A stretch of DNA of 64,000 nucleotides, from positions 34,596,001 to 34,660,000 of the forward strand of contig CM060731.1 of the NCBI GenBank assembly GCA_030704615.1. The letters are read 5' to 3'. The notes beneath the pieces were generated by a model. It was not told the origin of the DNA, did not search any database, and saw nothing but the letters and a program-made list of their open reading frames with translations. A program made the position numbers and the translations under genes. Of the stretch, positions 1-20,312 are shown in pieces. This DNA is from Takakia lepidozioides. Taxonomy: Eukaryota; Plantae; Bryophyta. The stretch's first letter is position 1. Each line of letters opens with the position of its first letter.

Positions 1-289
1 CCACGTCATCATCATCAATTTTTTTTTAAAAACTTGCCCGAAAATGCCTGAGGTGTCTTGCAACGCGGGGAAGGGATGATGATGTCCTCGCATCCTTGAG
101 TGCGGAGGGGTTTCACACACCAATCTCAGAGGAATATCCTACCTGGTGCAACGGCAACATTCTCGCTTACAGATGTGCAGTTGAATAAAAATCCAGGAGG
201 TTTGTGGAACAGTTTCAATGTCTCAGGTCAGTGGATGATGCCGTTAAAAGCGAATCCTCGCTGAAGTGCACGCCGCCCAAGCAAGCAAG

Positions 290-480
290 CAACCATAATA
301 TTTCAACGTGGGAGCTCACTTTGAAGATTACACCACTTGGTTTTCTGTATTTTGCAGAAGGTCTGTATAATCCCAAGGATGGGAAAATGTATATGAAGGG
401 TTGTCGACCAGTAGATGCCAATTGGACGTTGCTTCTCCAGCACAATATAGATTCTTTAGATGATGGGCTTGAATGTTCCC
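290..480 (+). pseudogene. Isolated fragment resembling plant DUF2921 membrane-protein genes
   Basis: ORF 204..500 contains FAEGLYNPKDGKMYMKGCRPVDANW...LDDGLEC, resembling the EGLYxxxxGxMYxxGCRxV motif recalled for DUF2921 proteins. It ends in an AT-rich run, and no further exons were recognised. Confidence 0.5.
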
Positions 481-858
481 TTAATAAAATAAATAAATAA
501 ATAAAGTGGACGCGTTGCCGAAGCAGGCGTCATTTATGGTGTCACTTGACCCCATATAGCTACTGCCTTCCGGTGGGAAGGTGGACACCGTAATGACTTC
601 CAACAGGTGGATTGAACCCATAACCACTCGTGAGAGGGTATGTGCCCTTACCTGGGCTACATGCTGGTTGTCTTCCCTTGAAATTGTTTTGGAGTACCTT
701 GCTAGGTGGTTGACTTCACAACAGGCGGAATGTGGCCAAAGCTGTCAAAACGCTCAACATTGTGCACGCGTATAACAAACCTTTCTGAAGCGTGACAAAA
801 TCACGTTTCTCTATTTAGAATTCCACAAGACACCCATACATATTGTGAGGGTGTTAAC

Positions 859-3058
859 CAGTGTTAGGAGGGTATTGGGTACCCAAAGGGTATCAACATA
901 GGTATCAATGCGGTTATGTGGACCTGGACCCACAGGGTACATTGTTGGACAATACCAGGTTCATAGCCTACCTGCCGGTTAAGTGCTAAGTTCATATTGA
1001 TGCTCAGACCCGGACCCTTGGATAAGGCTCCAGTGATATTGATGTTGATATTTATGAGGGCTAAAAAAAACTAGATTTCCCACATATCAATATCAAGTGG
1101 CTGGATAGGTTACATTTTAGTTTTGATTCCCCATTGCTTCAAGGATTTAGCACCCCCTCAAAAACATATTAAACCGAACTAATACTTATACGTTGTCAAA
1201 CATTGCCCAAATTTACACACCGTACTTTAAGAAATACAAACTACTTAGAGTACTTAGGGCCCGGCCGCACGTGCCGGTTAGGTAACCGACGGTTAACCGG
1301 TCAGTTACATGACTGGCCTGATAGCTAATTAATCCCCAGCTGCACCTGCTGGTTAAGTTAACTGGTGCAACGTAGTTAACAAACCGTGCTGCTGCCCGAA
1401 TTCCTTTCCTGCCCGCACGATGGCATCGCCCTCTTCTCTCTCCCCGTGCGCATGAACTATGGTGTTGTACAATCTGGAAGAATCCTTTTTCTCTATTATC
1501 TGTGACTTTCATCTTGCAGGCATTGGGACGTCAAGAAGCAAGAGCCCCGCATATGATGGTCTGGAGCGTAGCCAAGTGTCTGTGGGATTGCAAAGAAATT
1601 ACAGAGAGGCTGCTTTGGCCTGCCAATTCTCCTTGTGTTGTATGAACAATGCGGGTAAATGCCATGGCTGCTCAGTTGCACTCGGGAGTTTTCACTTCAC
1701 CAGAGTTCAGACTTGCGCAAGCAAAGGAGTCGCTTTGGATTGAAATTTCCCATTCTACTGGGATCTCGGAGGTCTCCATCTCTGAGCTTCAACTTCCTCT
1801 CGTGAGTCGTGATGCGGTGTCAGCTGAATTTAATTTAATGTAAGCCTTTTTCTTTTGCTGCATTTGTTATGGGGAAATTGCGTTGGAGGTGTGCTCTGCC
1901 GTCGCTTGGACTCTTTGTACGAATTGATTGGGCAGTTATCCTGAAACTATTCGGTGCAATTCAAGCAAGTCTGGTTGGAGGTAACTAGTTTTCTCAGATC
2001 TAACAACATTCGCAGATGTAGATAAGACAAGCCTAGATGTTCCACCTGGCAAGTCCATAGCCTAGGAAGCTCTCCCTTGTGTGCGAGCATTGATAGCACC
2101 TGTTTCTCAATATCTGCAGCTTCAATTGAGCAATCAGATTTTCCACCTTCAGCACACAAGTACCTTTGTTGTGTGGACATTCAAAATTCTAGGGAATTCA
2201 ACTCTGAGAGACTCTCTCTTTCAACTCATTCTCTCCCAAAAGGACCTAGAAAGTGCCAAATTTGTCACCACCTGATGAAGGAACACAATCGGAAGATGCA
2301 TAAAGCCACAATGCAGAGCTAGGAAGGTATCAAGTTTGTCGCAGAAAAGCAAAGAAACACTGCACTCAAAAAATACCAAGTAGCCACAGCGAAGAGGGCC
2401 AAGCAATCAAGCGCCAAGCACTGCACTCTATGGTGATGGAACGAGTTTCAAGAACGCGATGCATGACATGAGCTCGCGCTGCCCGATTTTTAATCAGAGC
2501 CCAAGGTTTAACACCTCCATGGAGGAGGTGTTAAATATCGGCCACTTCCCGTTAAAGGATTTAACGGCAGTTAATAGCCGGTTAGCTCACCGGCTTCCTA
2601 ATCGGCAGGTGCGGCCGTCTTCTTGCCGCTAACGCCGATTAGCTAACCTAATTGACTTCCTAACTGGCAGCTGCGACCGGGGCCTTAGGAACACTAACTA
2701 ACTTTATAATTCTAGCCACCTAAATAAGTACATTAGTAGTATTAGTTAGTAGATAACATTTTGATTTAATTAGTTAGTATTCCTCATTGCTTTGATAAGT
2801 TCGGATAAATTTTACATGGACAGGGCGCTCTTAAAAAATGGTTGAAGGATTTTTTTTAAACCCCGGCCCCATGTTGATAATAGTAGGTTATCCTATTGTT
2901 ATTGATATGTTGTCTAATAATTTTGATAATGGGCTTGATTGATAACGTAAAATCCTAAATATTTCTAGTATTGGTCTCTGGCGGGTATGTCCACAACCTC
3001 ACCAAGCCAATACCCGGAACAAGCGGGTCTTACAAAACATAATAACCTCCCAACACTG
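859..3058. mobile_element. Non-autonomous hAT-type DNA transposon
   Basis: Left TIR is CAGTGTTAGGAGGGTATT; the reverse complement of the right end is CAGTGTTGGGAGGTTATT. The 8-bp flanks GTGTTAAC (851-858) and GTGGTAAC (3059-3066) match at 7/8, consistent with a TSD. Confidence 0.8.
1257..2684. mobile_element. Non-autonomous PIF/Harbinger-type element nested in the hAT element
   Basis: 26-bp imperfect TIRs GGGCCCGGCCGCACGTGCCGGTTAGG / GGCCCCGGTCGCAGCTGCCAGTTAGG (21/26 match). TTA TSD at 1254-1256 and 2685-2687. Repeated subterminal GGTTA/TAACC motifs. Confidence 0.8.
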
Positions 3059-3950
3059 GTGGTAACTCATTCAGCTTCGGAGCATTTATCTTTACAAAAG
3101 TTGAAGACATAAACCAAAGGGTTGCAGCAGAGACAGATGTTGGTGTGTGGAGAGAGTGGCTGCTCTGCTGGCTCTTATGTGGATGGTCTCAGACCCTAGC
3201 ATAGGCCTTGGCGGAAGGCAACCTATGGCCTCTGCCAATCCTATCACTGCTTCACAATTTGTTTCAAAAATCTGATACCAACTGAGGATGAATTCAGGCA
3301 TAATGTTAACTTACAGATGACCTAACTTAACAACAAATGGATTATTATATATCAGAGATAGTCCCACATCTCTCCTTCCAAGCATCTCTTGACTGCAGGA
3401 GGGAGGGGTGACAGGCTGCAGGATGCAAATAGAGGTAAGCCTTTCAATCTTTGGCTTCTTCATCATAGAAGGGGACAAGGTTAAATTAGTGGAAGAAATA
3501 ACCTTAATGTTTGCTGCGTGTAGCCGGCCTCTGCCTTCAAGAGGCCTCTTCCGACCCATTGAATATTATGTAGTGAACACCATAAAGGTGGACTCCCAAG
3601 AAAGGAAGGAAAGCAGAAATTTGCATGCACAGAGCTCACTTGGGGGCCAAGAAACAGATCTGTCTTGAAAGAGTTCAAGGATGTTAAACTAAAACGACAA
3701 AAAGGCACAGATAGGCTGCAGGGATTGGACTTCACCAGAACAAGTTTCAAGAGAGGTGAAATAGTGATTGCAAAAAATCAGCAAATATACATTATCCAAC
3801 ATAATAATAGCCTTCAATGATCAAGGTTGATACTTTTCTGGTGATTTGTGATCCCCTTTGTGGGACGCTGAAGAGGTCCTAACTGTCCTTTGCGCACCAG
3901 CAATGCCCATGTACATAACATCAACCAAAGATGCCCTGACCAATTTCAAA

Positions 3951-12216
<8,266 letters not shown>

Positions 12217-13071
12217 CCCCAAGCTCCTCACAATCTACAAATCTCAGGGGAGCTACCTCCACCAGAATTTTCCTCCCAAGTCAAAACCCACACACACAAC
12301 TACTCCGAATGCGCAACTTGATTGCGAGAGGGGAGTGCAGATTATTTGCACGGCCAAGTTGCTGTGCTACACATTCCCTTCCCTCTGCAGAGATGTACCC
12401 CCCCACCCAACTGTGCCTTCCTCGATCATTTCTGTTGTTTTTCTTCTTTCCTCTGAAAGAAAGGCTAAAGAAAGGTGTCATTGTTTTACTGGCTACAATC
12501 GCCTACTACTAGTGTGCATCCATGGGTCAAAATTCAATCGATGGGTCCCCTTTCGGCACCTACTCTATATGCAATGTTTTATGGGTTTTTACTGGCAACT
12601 CATAGATGGCCAAGTGGTTAGGGACAATTGCATATTCATGTACGGTTATGGGTTCAAAACTAACAGAGATGTTTGTTGAGATTCACCCAGTCGTAGGTGA
12701 ACCAAAGTAGGAATTGGGAGGGGAGGGGGAAATTCTGCTATATGAAGCTGTGAGGTGGTGTGATATAAGGCTGCGCTGGACACCAAAGGTTTCATTGTGA
12801 AGTGACACAGTCGTTTCCTTCCAAGAGTCGCCAGGATTTGTGTGCATGTTTCGCACTATACTTGCTCTGTGTTCCGACATGGACTTGTGGAGGAGTCAAA
12901 AGAGTTTGACAATGTGAATTTTATCATCTCTCTCTCTCTCTCTCTCTCTCTTTTGCATTCAATTCGTACTCTTGAATCGGCAGAGGTGACTCATTTCTCT
13001 TGTCTGGTGTCAAACAGAAGGGAAATTGAGGCATTATTGTCAAGCATTGTTGGTAGTGATTGGCCTCAGAG
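12217..13071. promoter_or_regulatory. Probable shared (bidirectional) promoter and 5' UTR interval, containing a (CT)n tract
   Basis: The divergent start codons at 12216 (-) and 13072 (+) are only ~855 bp apart. A (CT)n tract lies at ~12926-12951. Confidence 0.5.
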
Positions 13072-16000
13072 ATGGCTCAGGCAGCAGCTTCTGCACCTGC
13101 ACCGGCTGCTGCTCCACCTCCGGTAGCTCCAGCACCAGTGGCTCCAGCAGTGGCGGCTCCAGCAGCGGCTCCAGCTGCTCCGCCACCAACTGCTGCAGCG
13201 GGTGCGATGCCTGCAGGTCCTTGTCTTTGGCCTCCCGTTGCATGCACTTCCATACCGTTGGGATCCCAATCCATGTCAATATATGGGGGATGAGAAACCA
13301 TCCTGTCGAATATCCGCTCATCGGAGGAGGGTGGAAGTAAAGAAATTTATAACTTGTTATAACAAGCAGGGCCCTCACAAGGCCCATGGGACAAAGTAGA
13401 GAGGAAGAAATGAAATGAAATAACGTCCGCGGAAAGCTCATAGGGCTTATGGGACAGAATGGAAGAAAACATGAGAGAGAAAACAAAACCAGAACCCAAG
13501 AATAAGAACTAATTGTTCTAGTGATTGTCTAAGGGTGAAGGCCTCGTGCAGGTAAGCTGCCAAGCATTTCTGATCCTCATAGTGGAAGACTTCAGTGAGA
13601 GATTGGGTTCCACTGAATAGACAGTGGAATCTCCCACGGATCTCGTAGTATAGAGGGCAGTAGAAGAAGAAGTGTTCTTCAGTTTCAATTTCCCGGCTGC
13701 GCTCCATGCAAGCTGGACATAGGCGGTCCTCTCCTTGCAGGTTTTCCCATCTTCCAGTCTCTATCCGTAGGTTGTGGGAACCCACCCTGAACCGCCCCAA
13801 TGCCCTCAGGAGGGAAGGAGATAAGGATGCTGAAAGGTAATTTGGCCTCAAGATTCTATCATCTCGGAGCACCAAGAATGTCTCTCGATAGAAGTGGAGC
13901 TTTGTCGTGAGATTGGGTAGCTTCCAAGTTCTCTTGACATGTAATTCCATAAGCTCTCTCCTAATGAGTCTGTTGCGGTGTGATGTCCACCCCCTCTGGA
14001 TTCAGTGGTAATAGGGAAGCAGTAGAGAGTCCGTTGCGCTGAAATAAACTGTCCACTCGAGCATACCAGGAGTGCCTGAAACCTGTAGCTTTGAGCCTCA
14101 TAGATGTTGTGAGTGCTCTTGCCACGAGCCCCTTGGGTGGAAGGTCTATGGAGAAAGATTGTAAGCCGGAAGAGGGCCTCGGTTTGCAATGGTACACATG
14201 CGAACTCTGCACCTAGGATATGAGATGGAGTTGTGCTTCTGGCACCAAGCATTGCTTGGAGAAAAGATGACTGCAATGGTTCCAGATTCTTTTCCCACCA
14301 GGAGACAGGAACACCAGGTGCCCAGAACTCACAACCATAGATGGTAGCAGGGCTGACGACGGAAGAAAGAGAGAAATTTGCCACGGCCTGCAGGAGGGGC
14401 ACTCCACCAGAAAAACAGAGAGAGAGAGAGGGAGAGAGAGAGAGATTGTACTCATAAGACGTTGTTTGCCGTAGCCTTGTGGCCATTGACCCCGCGCCCA
14501 GTTTGAGCGGGAACAAAAGGGACAGAACCTACCTCCGTCAGGGGCTGACGTTGGTAGTAAGACTTACCTCCATATAAAGAATTAATCCGGGTTTTCCAGA
14601 TATCCTCTAGAAATCCCTTCACACAAGCATCAATCTGCTGTGTGTGATTTGCCCAAAAACTAGGCCTCAGGAGGGCCTGGGCTTTTGGCTCAGCCTCGAG
14701 ACTTTCGAAGTTGGTAAACAGGGGTACAGGCACAATTCCCTTAATAGATTTGAAGAGAGCGTCTCTTTGGTGAGAGAACCCCGGACAGTGTATCAGAAAA
14801 TGAATACTGTCTTCAGATTGCCCACACAATGGGCAATTGCACTCTCCCTTTCCTCTCTGCTTCTGTTTGCTGTTCAAAGGTAGGCTTCCTGCCCTGAGTT
14901 TAAATTTCAGTCTAGTGCCGAGATTGGGTAGACCCTTGAGGTCATCCAAGATGTCCTCCCCCACGTCACAGACTGGAAACAAGTTCAGGGAAGTTTTCTG
15001 CCTAACTTCATTTTCATCAGACAATCTCATTGCAACAGACATGGCTGAGGACACTACAGCCTCTAAGTCAGATTTATCCAGCAGGGTCAAGACTTGCGGA
15101 TCCAGGTCCAGGTCCTTGAGGATCTCTTCTACTCTCTTCTGCCAGGACTTAGCCTGTTTGACAGGGCGGTCCTGTTTCCAAGATATAGAGTCGATTAACT
15201 TAGGATATCTGGTGTTGGGCATATGTTGCAGCTGACCCCACCATCTGACCTTGAATTCATCTCGTCGGGAGCTTAAGGACGGAATGCCAAACTCACCCTG
15301 AACAGCCACATTGGCTGTTTTGGAGCATGCTGACATACACTCCTTAAGCACCCCCACTTGAATGGATTCTAGAGACTTAGCCTGGTTGGAGTTATCAACC
15401 CATATAGCAGATCCGTACTCCAAGGCAGGTCTAATAACGCGACAAAGCATGGTTTTCTTAACCTCAGAGTTGACCCCTCTGCAGTGGAAAAATTTAGTGA
15501 GCCCCAGAGCTTTGCCCTTGCCAGTTTGAACAACTTTCCGGATATGTGCATCCCAGAGAGAGAGAGAGGGGGGGGGGAGAGATTGAAAGAAGTTTGGACT
15601 GTACGTGGTTCAATGCTATTTCAGAGAAAGCAGATCCTTACCGAATGAGTCATTGTAATGTTTAGCAGATCCGGCCGCACCGCAAGCTGGAGATGCCCCA
15701 CCTGTGCCTGCACTGACTCCCGAGGTATGGTTTGATCAGAATGCTGAGGTATCTCCCGGTCCATGATGTCATTTTCGATGCCATCTGCATTGAACGCGTG
15801 CATTCCTAAACCTCTGCCTTCTTAGTGACAAAGTGCATACCACTCATAACCTATTTGCTGAAACAATATATAGGCTGTGCCGTATCGATGTGCCAGCAAG
15901 TGTACTTGCTGTTCATGTGCTGATCTATTGTTGTTATCAAAAGCCAGCTTCGGTAAGACACTGTGGCAGCTCATGGTTACAACTTGCTCCTGGCATGTGG

Positions 16001-18099
16001 CACTTGAATCATAAGCCAAGATCATAAGCCAGGTCCAATTGCTTGGTATGAGAGAGTTAGCCACGCATGCAACATGCATGTGCAAATGAAGTAGAATGGT
16101 ATGTGCCAAAATTCTTGCAACGCAGCTCACAAACAGCCACATCATTCTCCTTGACAGCTTTTGACAACTGTTCTTGTAGCCAAGATTATTTAAGAGCAAG
16201 GCAACATGTTATCTAGATCACCAATGTGAGACCTACCATTGATTCTCGAAATATTCTACCTTTTAACTGCACAGTAATCATGTTGATGTTCTCCATCTGG
16301 TATCTCTTCAAATTTAGAAAGCAGCATTCAAATATTTTAGGGTACCCTGTATTTTTAGAATTGAAAATGAGGAACATTTTGAGACACAACTGAGATTGAA
16401 CGTGCCTTCCATGATGTTCCCCTCAACTTTGTCCATTAGTTCCTTTTGCAGAAATCAACTGAATAGGACTGACTTAGTTTGACAGCTGAGTAGGGACCCA
16501 AACCTAAATTGTGCACATTTATTTGCCTGATGGTAAAGTCAATTGTGGGAAGTGCAGGAGGAGGCATTAAAGAAGGCAGCTGCCGACAAGTTGGAGATGA
16601 GAGCATTGCCAGTGAGGCAATACTTGGTGAATAACAGGAACTCTGTCCTTTGTTTAATGAGGAGAGCTTGAGGAGAGCTTCTGGGCAATGTTGCATCTTT
16701 TGGGCTAAATCTGCCAAGGCTCATAACTTTAACTTTGGTGGATATTGTTATGGTGTCCATCTCCAATTTCTTGAACAGGAGGTGTCGGTGGTCCCACTGT
16801 TGCTTTCGGGCTTGCAGATGCTGGCCATTGAAAGGCAAGTGCTACTATGCCCAATTCCCATCTAGTTGATCACTGTTGAGCAACTATTGAATTCAATATT
16901 GCTATGCTCAATTGTGGGGACCTATGAGTCTCCTCTAAATTTATGAAAAAAATTGATATATGCTATGGCTCTCACACTTAAAAAGGCTGATAAGAATGTG
17001 TCCTACCAATGTTAAGCTCTTTAGAAGAGCATAGAGTAAAGTATGGTCCTTAGATCAGGTTCAGATTGATTCTATGAGTGGTAAACATATTGACTGCGTC
17101 GCACTTTTAACACAATTTTGTCAGTGTTAGGGTAAGTGAGAAATGTCATACTACTCTAGACAGATATATGATTCTTAGGTATAAAAGGGCTTTTATAGAG
17201 ATTGCTACAGTAATCTCAAGTTGAGAGGTGCAAGTACTATTTGACTGGACTACATGTAATTCACATCTCTGAGTTATCTGGTGCTTTAAACGGAAAAGAT
17301 TCAATGAAAAAACTGCCAGGCTAAAGGAGGGGTCAATATAGGTTGAAATAGAAATTGATCAAATAAGGTTTGAGAGTCGAGGATAAATATACTCGGTAAT
17401 AAAGGTGAATTGGAGCTTCTGTAAAGTATATTGTCAGATGTAGCAACTGATAAAGTGGCACACCATGTCAGGCCTGAAAATCCAGTTGATTATCTAGCCA
17501 AATACCTGATAGCCCAGAACCCCATGAAACCAAAAGAAGAGCCTAAAAAAGACAAGACAATGGATGAATCTAAGGGAGGTAAACCAGCTGAAGATGCATC
17601 AAAAGAAGGTGAAGGTACAGGTGGTAAGCCAAGTGTGCAACCGGCTGCCCCAGAACCTGAGAAGAAGCCTGTTGTTATACCAGCTGCGCCAGCACCAGAG
17701 ACAAAGCCAAGTGCCAACCCTGAAGCACCCCCTGCCCTGCCAGCTGACAAACCACGAGATGCAGGAAAGCCTAGTGTTAAACCAGCTGCGCCAGCACCAG
17801 AGATAAAGCCAAGTGCCAAACCTGAAGAACCCCCTGCCCCACCAGCTGACAAACCACAAGCAGATAGAAAGCCAAGTGTTAAACCAGCTGCGCCAGCAGC
17901 AGAGATAAAGCCAAGTGCCAAACCTGAAGCACCCCCTACCCCACCAGCTGACAAACCACAAGAAGAGAGAAAGCCAAGTGTTAAACCAGCTGTGCCAGCA
18001 GCAGAGATAAATCCAAGTGCCAAACCTGAAGCACCCCCTGCCCCACCAGCTGACAAACCACAAGAAGAGAGAAAGCCAAGTGTTAAATCTGCTGGTTAG
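13072..18099 (+). CDS. DPY30: DPY-30 (dimerisation/docking) domain protein, ~312 aa, with Ala/Pro-rich N-terminus and tandem-repeat C-terminus
   Basis: Exons 13072-13201, 15669-15724, 16558-16626, 16779-16834 and 17472-18099 splice in frame. They give ...LEMRALPVRQYL|EVSVVPLLLSGLQMLAIER|PENPVDYLAKYLIAQNP, a canonical Dpy-30 motif. Intron 4 is GC-AG. The exon 1 donor could alternatively be at 13216. Confidence 0.85.
13350..14410 (-). mobile_element. 5'-truncated, frameshifted non-LTR retrotransposon (RTE-X-like ORF2 C-terminus) in DPY-30 intron 1
   Basis: IYGCEFW..., then LGRFRVGSHNLRIETGRW...RLCPAC...ETEEHFFFYCPLY, followed by a (CATTT)n-like 3' tail. Confidence 0.8.
14447..15553 (-). mobile_element. 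Second 5'-truncated RTE-X-like LINE inserted in a (GA)n microsatellite
   Basis: ORF 14452..15450 has LEYGSAIW...TANVAVQGEFG...KLRAGSLPLN...CPLCGQSEDSIHFLIHC. Both flanks are cag(ag)n...gagagattg, a duplicated microsatellite target. Confidence 0.85.
17665..18096 (+). repeat. Coding minisatellite with a 102-bp (34-aa) unit, 4 full copies plus a partial copy
   Basis: Units start at 17665, 17767, 17869, 17971 and 18073 (partial). Consensus is KPSVKPAAPAxEIKPSAKPEAPPAPPADKPQxxR. Confidence 0.95.
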
Positions 18100-20312
18100 C
18101 ATGTGAGATGGATGCCCTCCACTGAATAATGGGCCAGCCGTAGGCTAACTCATAGTGCTAGGGCAACATTGCTAAGTAAGTTTTGACCTACGTAGATTAT
18201 CTTAGATCCTTTCCTTCAATACATGTGAGCCCAGTGTCCTCACTGGATCATGCTCTAAGAAGAGTTAGTATTCTATACCAGTCCACATTCTTCGACATAT
18301 TGTCTGTCCCCAAAGTTCTACCTCCCTCTCTCTCCACTTCTGAGGTGTTCTCTAGTGAAAACCATCATCATGTAAGGGCTTTGTCCTCCAGAAAGCTGGC
18401 AAGAGTGCTATTGAGATGTCATCAGCATAGCCTGATCAACACATGGACTCTTGAAACAGAAGACCCCTTGATGCATGAATGCACATGGCTATGTCGACTC
18501 CAAGTATCATTGATATGGTCTATGATAGGTTGTTTCAAAAATTGAATCCTTTGGGGTAATTTCCTCCTCAATCTTACCTTCCAGCCAAACTCCATAGCTT
18601 TTGAGTGGTGCTTCTATTCTTGAAAGTTAATTGAAGTTTCGATATTATCCCTTTCAAGGTATGCTAGTATGGAGACCTGGAGAAGTTTAGTGAAGGTTGA
18701 CAGTGACGATGTTTTAATCTGACATGAGGGTCTTTGAAGATGTCATCGGTGATGTCGTGCAGCATTTACCACAGCTCAGTTGTGGTGAGAACATATTGAT
18801 GATTGAAGAGTTTGGGCTGAAGCCTTGCAATTGGTTTCAGATGTAGGCCCACAAAATGTATAGACCTTTGTGTCCACAAGCATGAGTATGTCCTGTGCAT
18901 TGATAGTCAAGCCTACAGTCCAGAAGCTATTTATTTTGCACTTGGCTACTAGTGATGCTGGTGTCTTGCTCTGGCCCCTTCTTGGCAACAATATATAGGT
19001 GACTGGATAGATGCAAAGGCAACAGGTATGTTTGAGTGCAATAAACAGTTGTTCAGGAAGACCAGTTGCAAGGTTGCAATGGAGGGGTTATTGCCATCTT
19101 GAAGAAGTGTGGAGATGCTTGTTGTGTTGATGAACTTCGTAAGTGCTGCTTTTTAGGGCACTTGGTAGCTTCATCCATTGTTTGCACTGGGGTTTGCACT
19201 GGAGTTGCCGGAAGTCCACCTTACCCTAAAATGCTTGTCTTTCTTGAAGTAAGGTGAGACTAATGTTGGGTAAGGATTATATGGTAGTCAAGTTTGTTGA
19301 ATAGTGCAGAACGACAATGTTGGAAACTAGGGTATGACTGGAGTTTAGCATGTAGGTAACAGGGAGTGGAATCGGTGTACAGCTACAAAGCTTATTTATT
19401 TGAAATGGGGAGAAAAGACCCAGCTATAAAGAAATCAGCTCTGAACACATCAGTCTAAGTGGAGAAAAGGAAAGTGAAAGATAGAAACTTTATAGTATCC
19501 ATAGACACGGGTCATAGGTCATAGGACAAACTGGTACAACAACCAACCACCTCACATACTTAAACAAAAAGAGAAAGCACTTGGGCTACATTTGCATGTG
19601 TGATATGTAGTCTGTAGACAGCTCTGAGACCATCCAAGCAAAGAGTGTTTCCATCCACAATTTTGGTCATAGGACTGGGATGATATGGTTGTTCTGACCA
19701 GGCAGATAAGGGCAGTGATGGCAAGTGCCATTTGCAGCGGGGCGTTCTTCAATGGGGTGCAGTTCTGTTATCACTGCATGTGGGAGACATTGCACTGCAA
19801 CAAGTAGAAGAAGAATTCCACAGTTGAAATTCCAACCTTCTATGGTACAACGTAAGCATGTCACAGTTTAACTTTACCTCTCTCTAGCACACAAGCAGGT
19901 GGTAGGCATAGCATCTGGGGGCATTGCAGGGATAGATCCCTAGTCCAGAACCATGTGGAAGATGCTTGTGGGCATTGAATCCAGCAATGTCTGCAATATT
20001 TAGAGGGGCATTCTTGAGATTCCACTCTGGAGATGGCAGTAATCAGCAGTCAATAGAGGTGGAAAAGTCATTCCTCACTTTCCCTCACCCAGCAAATACA
20101 AAATACTCTAGCTATAGCTACTTGGGCTGCCCAATCTCCCTTGCCTGATGACAGCTGATTTAAGAAGTCCATAGATGCTACTCCCACCAAGCATTTAATA
20201 CTGAAATGCATGATTGCCTTGACTGCTACAAACAATTGTTGGGTGAGGCAGTGAGCTTCATTGTGGTCACTGAAAGAACCCCCAGCATTCAAAATTCGTG
20301 CAAAGTGGACAT

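Noticed and set aside
3090-3900. Short ORFs downstream of the G-patch stop, possibly a second G-patch exon
   Set aside because: No G-patch or other motif was found; likely 3' UTR or decayed repeat.
13026-13486. Several overlapping low-complexity ORFs
   Set aside because: These are alternate frames of the GC-rich DPY-30 exon 1.
17490-18102. Long antisense ORFs (Gly/Ala-rich and Trp/Phe/Cys-rich)
   Set aside because: These are shadow frames of the 102-bp coding repeat on the + strand.
18180-20250. Possible further gene between DPY-30 and the C14-reductase
   Set aside because: Only short interrupted frames with no recognisable motif or consistent splice pattern were found. An old pseudogene cannot be excluded.
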